Shown here: piece after piece, positions 44,982-53,825 of the stretch
Layout: each line of letters starts with the position of its first letter
How positions within the stretch are numbered: position 1 is the first letter of the stretch
Origin: Candidatus Eiseniibacteriota bacterium
GTDB taxonomy: Bacteria > Eisenbacteria > RBG-16-71-46 > SZUA-252
Length of the DNA stretch: 53,825 bases
NCBI GenBank assembly: GCA_038060295.1
Contig: JBBTHR010000034.1
Span: 1 to 53,825 of the forward strand
Direction of reading: 5' to 3'
Notes under the pieces: generated by a model
Told to the model about the DNA's origin: nothing
The model's input: the letters and a program-made list of their open reading frames with translations, nothing else
Database searches by the model: none
Made by a program: the position numbers and the translations under genes

Positions 44982-45391
44982 ACCGCTCGTATCTCCGGCT
45001 GGCGTTGGCGGTCGTGGTCGTGGGACTGGCGCTGGGCATCGTGTCGCGGCTTCCGCGCCGCGAAGCCGTGAAGCCGCGGGTGGAGCCGGCGGCCGAGCGC
45101 GTTGAACTGGTGCTGGAGATCGGCCCCGGCGGCGCCGTCGATTCGGATCGTGACGGCGCGCCGAAAGGGGCGATCGTCGAGCTGCGCATCGTCAATCGCG
45201 GCTCGGTCGCGCGCACGCTTTCCCTCTCCGGTTACGAGGAGAAGCTCCGTCTTCCCGTGGCGCCGGGGGAGATCGCGCACGCGACGTTTCGCGCCGACCG
45301 TCCCGGCGGCGACTTCGCCTGGCTCGTGGACGGGGTCCCGACCGGGCACTTCGCGGTGAGCGGTTCGCACCTGGAGGAGGGCCGCCAGTGA
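44978..45391 (+). CDS. Membrane-anchored cupredoxin-like hypothetical protein (137 aa)
   Basis: N-terminal TM; PKGAIVELRIVN...VAPGEIAHATFRADRPGGDF resembles cupredoxin strands; overlaps both neighbours by 4 nt. Confidence 0.65.
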   Translation: MNRSYLRLALAVVVVGLALGIVSRLPRREAVKPRVEPAAERVELVLEIGPGGAVDSDRDGAPKGAIVELRIVNRGSVARTLSLSGYEEKLRLPVAPGEIAHATFRADRPGGDFAWLVDGVPTGHFAVSGSHLEEGRQ

Positions 45392-46227
45392 GTCGCCCGG
45401 GTCGCTTCACCCGCATCCGGATCGTCGCCGCGGAGGAGTACCGCCGGGCGCTCGAGACGCGCTGGCTCTTCGCCTTCACCGCGCTCTTCGCGCTCCTCGT
45501 CCTCGGCCTCTCCTATTTCGGCCTGGCGCAGAGCCGCGAGGTCGGCTTCCAGGGCTTCTCGCGCGTCACCTTGAGCCTCATGAACCTGGTCCTCTTCCTC
45601 GTTCCCTTGACCGGGCTCGTCGTCGGAGTGGGGAGCGTGGCGGGCGGCGGCGATGCCCTGCCTCTCCTCCTGGCACAGCCGGTGTCGCGCGGCGAGGTCC
45701 TGATCGGCAAGTACCTCGGCCTCTGCGCGGCGCTCACCGTCGCGCAGGCGCTGGGGTTCGGAGGCGGTGGCGTCGTCGTCGCGTTCCAGGCGGGAAGCGA
45801 TCAGATCGCCGGCTTCGCGGCGCTGACGGCCCTCTCCTTCCTCCTCGGCTGCCTCTCGCTTTCGGCGGCGCTTTGCATCGCGTCGCTCTTCCCCGATCGG
45901 CTGCGCGCTCTCTCGATGGCGCTCTTCCTCTGGCTCCTGATGGTCGTGCTCTACGACCTCGCCGTGCTGGGGACGACGGCGATCCTGCGCGGGCTGCCGC
46001 TTCAGGCGGTCCTCATTCCGGCGCTCCTCGTCAATCCGGTCGATCTGGTCCGGATCCTGATCACCATCGCGGTCGGATCGGGCGCGCTCTTCGGTCCCAC
46101 GTCGGCCGTGCTCGTCCAATTCTTCGGCGGGACCGGCGGTGCCCTCCTGGCGCTCGGCGTGCTCGGGATCGAAACCGTCGTTCCCCTGATCGTGGCGCTC
46201 CGCATCTTTCGACGAAGGGATTGGTGA
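45388..46227 (+). CDS. nosY: ABC permease NosY
   Basis: SLMNLVLFLVPL, LLLAQPVSRGEVLIGKYLG, YDL, NPVDLVRI. Confidence 0.9.
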   Translation: MSRPGRFTRIRIVAAEEYRRALETRWLFAFTALFALLVLGLSYFGLAQSREVGFQGFSRVTLSLMNLVLFLVPLTGLVVGVGSVAGGGDALPLLLAQPVSRGEVLIGKYLGLCAALTVAQALGFGGGGVVVAFQAGSDQIAGFAALTALSFLLGCLSLSAALCIASLFPDRLRALSMALFLWLLMVVLYDLAVLGTTAILRGLPLQAVLIPALLVNPVDLVRILITIAVGSGALFGPTSAVLVQFFGGTGGALLALGVLGIETVVPLIVALRIFRRRDW

Positions 46228-46230
46228 GGC

Positions 46231-47517
46231 ATGGGCATCCCGCTTCCCGTACGCGAAGCACCGAAAGTGGTCCCCGGGCGCGAGCCCTACCGAAGACTCT
46301 TCCCGCTCGGCATCGCCATCGGGCTGACCGGCGTCGGGCTCTGGATCGCGCACGCGGCAGGCTGGATCCCCTACCCGGGAAATCCACACGCCGCCCTTCT
46401 CCTTCTTGGGTTCCAGCAGTGCTTCATTCTTGGCTTCTTAATGACTGCCATGCCGGCGTTTCTGCACGCGCCGCATTGCCATCCGGAGGAGCTGGCGGCG
46501 GCATTCTTCCTGGTCGCCGCCGCCGCCATCAGCGCGCTCGTGGGATGGGGTTCGGCGGCCGGGCTCTTCTATGTGGGTAGTCTCTGCGTGCCGATCTGGA
46601 TGGCCGTGCGCCGCATTGCGGGCCGGCAGGCCGGGCCTCCCCCGGAGGAGTTCATTCTCGTGGCGGCCGGGTTCGTGACGGGGATGGTGGGGGCGATCTG
46701 GATGTCGGGCGCCGCCGCGGGCCTCTGGGTCGAGCCCTCTCCGCGCTTCGGGCTTCGACTGATCGCATTTGGAATGATCCTCCCGGTCGTCCTCGGTGTC
46801 GGCGGACTCCTGGTCCCGACCTTCATGGCGATGCGCGAACCGCTCACCATTCCGGGTCTGGCGCGCGCCCATGAGCGAGGCCCCCGGCGGGCGCTCTACC
46901 TCCTGGTCGTGCTCCTTCTGGTCGGCGCGGTGGCGCTGGAAGGGCGGGGACTGCCGATCGCGGCGGCGTGGGTCCGCGCCCTCGTCGGCTCCGCGCTCCT
47001 TCTCTGGGTCTGGAAGCTCTTCCGTCTCCCCGGCCGCGCGGACCGTCTCTCCTACTCGCTCTGGTCGGCGGGGTGGCTCCTCTTCGCCGGACTCTGGCTC
47101 GGCGTCCTGGTTCCGGCGCGGCCGCTCCTCGGCGAGCACGTCGTCTTCCTCGGTGGGTTCGGCTTCCTGACGCTCGGCATCGCCACGCGCATCGTGGTGC
47201 GGCACGGCGGGTATCCGCTCGTGCTGGAATCCCGCGTGATCGGGACCGCCGCGCTCGTGCTTCTCGGATTGGCGCTTCTGACGCGCGCGTTCTCCGAGAG
47301 CCTCGGTCCGGCCGGCGCGACGAAGACGTGGTTCCTGGCGGGCGCCGCGGCGGCATGGATGGCGGCGTGGGGTCGCTGGGCCTGGAAGGCGGTGCCGCTC
47401 GCGCTCCGGCTTCCTCCCCCCCCAAAAAACGCACCGGGGCAGCCCGCGATGACGGGACCGGCCCCGGTGCCGGTCAACGTGGCGCCTCCCGTGCGAGGGT
47501 CCGCAGGCGTAGAGTAG
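46231..47517 (+). CDS. nnrS: NnrS family membrane protein
   Basis: EPYRRLFPLG, HAALLLLGF...GFLMTAMP, HVVFLGG...TRIVVRHGG. Confidence 0.85.
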   Translation: MGIPLPVREAPKVVPGREPYRRLFPLGIAIGLTGVGLWIAHAAGWIPYPGNPHAALLLLGFQQCFILGFLMTAMPAFLHAPHCHPEELAAAFFLVAAAAISALVGWGSAAGLFYVGSLCVPIWMAVRRIAGRQAGPPPEEFILVAAGFVTGMVGAIWMSGAAAGLWVEPSPRFGLRLIAFGMILPVVLGVGGLLVPTFMAMREPLTIPGLARAHERGPRRALYLLVVLLLVGAVALEGRGLPIAAAWVRALVGSALLLWVWKLFRLPGRADRLSYSLWSAGWLLFAGLWLGVLVPARPLLGEHVVFLGGFGFLTLGIATRIVVRHGGYPLVLESRVIGTAALVLLGLALLTRAFSESLGPAGATKTWFLAGAAAAWMAAWGRWAWKAVPLALRLPPPPKNAPGQPAMTGPAPVPVNVAPPVRGSAGVE

Positions 47518-47521
47518 AGGG

Positions 47522-48778
47522 ATGACGCTCGGCTGGGAGGAGGCTCGCGCGATCGCCGTCGCGCTTCTGGGAGGCGCCGCCATCGGCGTGGAGCGGCAGT
47601 GGTCTGGACATGCCGCCGGCCCCTCCGCGCGGATCGGGGGCGTCCGCACCTTCACCCTGCTCGGCATCCTGGGCGGCTTGGCGGGATGGCTCTGGCGGCA
47701 GGGGGAGCCGGCCCTGGGGGCCGCGCTTCTTCTCGCCGGCGGGGCGCTGGTCGTGGCCGGCTACGCGGCCGTGAGCCGCCGGGATCCCGACGGCACCACC
47801 GAAGTCGCCGCCCTCGTGGTGCTCGCCGCGGGAACCGCGGCGGGCGCGGGGCATCTCCAGTTCGCCAGCGCCATCGTCGCCGTGACCGCGCTCCTCCTCA
47901 TCGAGAAGTCGCGCCTTCACGCCGCCGTGGCCCGCCTGGACGATGCCGAGATCCGGGCCGGGATCCGCTTCGCGGTGATGGCAATCGTGATCCTTCCGCT
48001 CCTCCCGGACGGCCCCTTCGGTCCCTGGGGAGGCGTCCGTCCCCGGGAACTCTGGCTCTGGGTCCTCCTCTTCTCGGGGCTCAGCTTCCTCGGGTTCATT
48101 CTGCGGCGCGCCGTCGGCCCGGGGCGCGGCGATCTCGTGGCCGGACTCCTCGGCGGGCTCGTCTCCTCCACCAGCGTCACCTTCACGTTCGCCCGCGCCA
48201 GCGAGAAGCACCCCGCGCGTTCGCGCACGCTCGCGTCGGGCGTGCTGGCCGCGTGCACGGTGATGATGGCCCGCGTCCTGGTCGCGGCCGCCGTGCTCAA
48301 TCCGCGGATCGCCTGGGCCCTCGTGCCCTATCTCGCGCCGCCCCTCATCGTCCTCGCCGTCGGAACGTTGAGCGGCATCCGGGCTCACGACGGGGGCGGC
48401 GGCGACGGCGCGATCGAGGGACCGGCGAATCCGCTCGAACTCCGGGCCGCGCTCCAGATGGCCGCCGTCTTCCAGGTCGTCCTCTTCGTCGTGCACGAGG
48501 TCGGGCTCGCCTACGGAGGCGTCGGACTCGCCGTGAGCGGTGCCATCCTCGGCTTGACCGACGTCGACGCCCTGACGATGTCGATGGCGCGGTGGGCGGC
48601 CTCGCCCGACGCGCTTCGCGCCGCCTCGCTCGCGATTGCCATCGGCGTCCTCTCGAACAATCTCTTCAAGCTCGCCGTCGCCTGGTTCGCCGGGAGAGGG
48701 TCCATGCGGACGCTCGCCACCGGCGCGCTCGCCGGATCGGCAGCGGCATCGGTCGCCGCGATTCTCTGGCTCCGGTGA
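47522..48778 (+). CDS. MgtC/SapB + DUF4010 membrane protein
   Basis: IGVERQ, GGVRTFTL, GTTEVA, ILPLLPD, GGLVSSTSVT, GLTDVDA. Confidence 0.88.
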   Translation: MTLGWEEARAIAVALLGGAAIGVERQWSGHAAGPSARIGGVRTFTLLGILGGLAGWLWRQGEPALGAALLLAGGALVVAGYAAVSRRDPDGTTEVAALVVLAAGTAAGAGHLQFASAIVAVTALLLIEKSRLHAAVARLDDAEIRAGIRFAVMAIVILPLLPDGPFGPWGGVRPRELWLWVLLFSGLSFLGFILRRAVGPGRGDLVAGLLGGLVSSTSVTFTFARASEKHPARSRTLASGVLAACTVMMARVLVAAAVLNPRIAWALVPYLAPPLIVLAVGTLSGIRAHDGGGGDGAIEGPANPLELRAALQMAAVFQVVLFVVHEVGLAYGGVGLAVSGAILGLTDVDALTMSMARWAASPDALRAASLAIAIGVLSNNLFKLAVAWFAGRGSMRTLATGALAGSAAASVAAILWLR

Positions 48779-48805
48779 GCGCGCCCGCCGCGTCGTGAGC
48801 GGGTC

Positions 48806-50194
48806 TCACATCTCGAGCCAGCCGGCGCGTTCGAGCGCGCGCCACCCGTCGGCTTCTCCCCGGTCCATGAGACCTTCCGCATTGCGGGGCGAGTAGGCGA
48901 GCACGCCGCCGGGGAGCGCGGCGTCGGGCTCCACCACGCAGAGGCGCCGCGGCGTCGCGGGCGCGTGCCAGTCGGCCGGGAGGCCCCTCAGCTCGCGCTG
49001 CAGATCGCGCCAGTTCGCGATGTCGAGGTAGCGGCCCCAGAGTTCCACGAGCGTCTTCGGGGTGTTTCCCGCCGGCGGCGCACCGCTCGGCGCCACGACC
49101 ACGACCAGCGCCGCGTCGGCGTCGGCGTAAAGCGCGGCGCGGAGTGGGTGCGTGGAGAGCGCCACGGCGTCGATGTATTCGCGCCCGCGGACCGAAGCAG
49201 GCTCGAAGAAGAGCGGGATCGCGCTCGATGCCACCGCCGCGTCCATGACCTCCTCCGGCGTCCGCACCGACACGACCTCGCCCAGGGTCGCCTCCGCGCG
49301 CGCGCGGAACACGTCGCTCGGCTCGGCGCCGGCGACGAACATCGCCACCCGCCCGGAGTCGAGCGAGAGACCGGTGAGAATCAGGATCGGAGATCCACTC
49401 ACCAGGCGAGCCGGAACGCCCTGTCCGACAAGCCTGGTGAGCACCCGACGCCGCGCGGCATCGCCCCAGAGGCCGCGCCCCCGCGACTCCGGGAGGAGGC
49501 GACTGAACAAGCGGCGGAGCCAGCCGCCGGCGCGTCCCGGTTTCGCCGCCAGCCAGAGGATGACGGCCACCACGAAGAGTGTCGCGCTGAAGCGATGGGG
49601 CCAGGGGATTCCGACCGCCCAGACCAGGAGGTGAAGCGCGGCCCAGGCGGCGAGGAGGAACGTGACTCCGCCGTGCGCCAGGCGCCCGCGGCCCGTACCG
49701 CTCGCCCGCGCCAGAACCTCCTCGGTCTCGCGCGAGCCGCGAAGGATGGCCGCCCCGCCGAGCGAAACGAGCGCCCAGGCGAACGCGTCGAGGAGAACCG
49801 AGCCGCGCCCGAGGCCGCCCATCCCCTGCCCCCGGAGCCACGTCGCGAGGCTCAGCTCGGGAGAACCGAGAATCGTGAGGCCGACCTCGAACGCCCCGAG
49901 CGCGACGAGGAACGCGCCGAACGACCGGCCAGCCAGAGTGCTCCAGCGCATCCCGATCGTGGCCGGCTCGATGCGCCGCCAGATCTCCTCCAGACGCTCG
50001 GTCCGGAGTCCCGCGGCGACCCAGCAGACGGCGTTCAACGCTCCCGCCGACGCCCCCGCCACGATCGCGGGCTCCAGGCCGGCCCCCCGAATCGCGCGCA
50101 GGACGCCAACCTCGTACGCTCCGAGCGCGCCGCCGCCCGAGAGGACGACGGCGATCCGCCGATACGGAAGATCGCTTCGCAGGGAGCGTCCCAT
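48806..50194 (-). CDS. Patatin-like phospholipase with internal membrane segments
   Basis: LSGGGALGAY, GASAG, ASSAIPLFF, YIDAV. Confidence 0.85.
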   Translation of the reverse strand: MGRSLRSDLPYRRIAVVLSGGGALGAYEVGVLRAIRGAGLEPAIVAGASAGALNAVCWVAAGLRTERLEEIWRRIEPATIGMRWSTLAGRSFGAFLVALGAFEVGLTILGSPELSLATWLRGQGMGGLGRGSVLLDAFAWALVSLGGAAILRGSRETEEVLARASGTGRGRLAHGGVTFLLAAWAALHLLVWAVGIPWPHRFSATLFVVAVILWLAAKPGRAGGWLRRLFSRLLPESRGRGLWGDAARRRVLTRLVGQGVPARLVSGSPILILTGLSLDSGRVAMFVAGAEPSDVFRARAEATLGEVVSVRTPEEVMDAAVASSAIPLFFEPASVRGREYIDAVALSTHPLRAALYADADAALVVVVAPSGAPPAGNTPKTLVELWGRYLDIANWRDLQRELRGLPADWHAPATPRRLCVVEPDAALPGGVLAYSPRNAEGLMDRGEADGWRALERAGWLEM

Positions 50195-50212
50195 CCGGCT
50201 ATCCTACGCGCC

Positions 50213-50878
50213 ATGTCGCTCCAATACGATCCCGAAGCAGCAGCCGTGGCGCTGGCCGAAGCCGATCCCCCGCTCGGGCGGATCATCGAGCAGGTCGGCG
50301 GCTGCACGATCCGCATCGCGCGCGCGAGCACTCCGTTCGCCGCCCTCGTCGAGTCGATCGCCTACCAGCAGATCACCGGGCACGCCGCCTCGCGCATCCT
50401 GGGACGCGTCGTGGCGCTCTACCGGCCGCGTCGCTTTCCGCGTCCCGAGGATCTCCTCGCCACTCCGGACGATACGCTCCGCGCGGCGGGGCTCTCGCGG
50501 ACAAAGGTCGCTTCCATGAAGGATCTGGCCGCGAAGTGCCTCGATGGAACCGTCCCGCCGCTCCGGACGCTCCGCCGGCTCGAGGACTCTGAAATCGTGG
50601 AGCGCCTGACGGCCATTCGCGGCATCGGACCCTGGACGGTGGAGATGCTTCTCATCTTCCGCCTCGGCCGGCCCGACGTGCTCCCGGCGACCGACTACGG
50701 CGTGCGAAAGGGATTCCAGACGGCCTTCCGCACGCGGGGACTTCCCACTCCGGCGCAGATCGTCCGGCGCGGAGAGCGCTGGCGTCCCTTTCGCTCGGTG
50801 GCGGCGTGGTATCTGTGGCGCGCCATCGATCTGAAGCGGAAGGCGGAGGGGGCGAAGGCGGGAGACGGCAGGGCCTGA
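50213..50878 (+). CDS. alkA: DNA-3-methyladenine glycosylase II (HhH-GPD)
   Basis: SIAYQQI, LTAIRGIGPWTVEM, PDVLPATDYG, WRPFRSVAAWYLW. Confidence 0.93.
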   Translation: MSLQYDPEAAAVALAEADPPLGRIIEQVGGCTIRIARASTPFAALVESIAYQQITGHAASRILGRVVALYRPRRFPRPEDLLATPDDTLRAAGLSRTKVASMKDLAAKCLDGTVPPLRTLRRLEDSEIVERLTAIRGIGPWTVEMLLIFRLGRPDVLPATDYGVRKGFQTAFRTRGLPTPAQIVRRGERWRPFRSVAAWYLWRAIDLKRKAEGAKAGDGRA

Positions 50879-50915
50879 CGCGCGGCCCCGGGATCGGGGA
50901 CGCCGCGCGCGGCGT

Positions 50916-51505
50916 TCAGGAGCGGCGGCGCGGCGGCGTAACGGCGAGCGTCGATTCGATGGCCGCGCAGAAGTTGCTCCAGGCGCGCGTCCCGACGTGG
51001 AGTTCCCCGATGTGGGTCGAGCGGATCTTTCCCTTCCGATCGATCAGGTAGAGCGCCGGCCAGTAGCGGTTCTTGAACGCGTCGAAGACCACGTGGTCGT
51101 CGTCGAGCGCCACCGGGAAGGCGATGCCGTGCGCCTTCACCGCCGCCGCCACGGCGGCCGAATCGCGCTCGTGCGCGAATTCCGGAGCGTGAATCCCCAG
51201 GACGCGAAGTCCCCGCTTGGCGTAGAGCCCGTGAATCTCCCGCATCGCCATGACCGTGTTCCGGCAATTGACGCAACCGAAGGTCCAGAACTCGACGAGT
51301 CGGGGCGTGCCGGCAAGATCGGCGGGCGTCAGCGGCTTCGTGTTGATCCAGCGGGAGAGATCGATCTCGGGAGCGACGTGACGGTCAGCCGTGGTCTTTG
51401 GCCCCTTTGGCGCCTTCGGATTCTTCGGGGCCCGCGCCCCTACCGTCCCGGCGAGCAGCAGGAGCGCGGCCGTCGCGGCGAGCGTGCGCCGGACGGCGCG
51501 CGGCG

Positions 51506-51509
<4 letters not shown>
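50916..51509 (-). CDS. Exported thioredoxin-like redoxin (TlpA/DipZ type)
   Basis: Signal peptide; FWTFGCVNC; GIHAPEF; [11 protein letters not shown]; GTG overlaps the carB stop. Confidence 0.9.

Positions 51510-53825
<2,316 letters not shown>

Overview
High-GC (roughly 70% by eye) bacterial chromosome segment, densely coding, with no mobile elements, CRISPR array or rRNA seen. PorV/PorQ, GWxTD, FlgD/T9SS-like C-terminal domains and a C25 peptidase suggest a non-Bacteroidota FCB-group lineage such as Ca. Eisenbacteria (inference). The left part (0.3-16 kb) is a minus-strand cell-envelope region. It holds an operon of TonB-dependent receptor, 985-aa CTD-bearing secreted protein, PorV/PorQ barrel, DacB and LdcA behind a sigma70 promoter with a long structured leader. 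It also holds an orphan outer-membrane barrel with a CRP/Rex-like operator, a GWxTD protein and an LVIVD/FlgD protein. The middle (16-38 kb) has dedA, tRNA-Gln, tRNA-Glu, an M16 peptidase, a GT4, gltX, a C25/FG-GAP/CTD protein, a GT-C-like membrane protein, tkt, an M48 peptidase, a VTT protein, and acnA coupled to a P1B-4 ATPase. The right part (37.6-48.8 kb) is a clade II nitrous-oxide reductase cluster (hemerythrin, cytochrome c, nosZ, nosB, nosD, nosF, nosL, ligand-less cupredoxin-like gene, nosY, nnrS, MgtC/DUF4010) with a divergent Crp/Fnr regulator and two ATGA-N6-TCAT boxes. It is followed by patatin, alkA, a redoxin and partial carB. The best candidates for undescribed biology are the receptor-cargo-PorV triad with its structured leader, and the nos cluster's regulator, operators and extra components. 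All calls are from motif recognition only; no searches were run.
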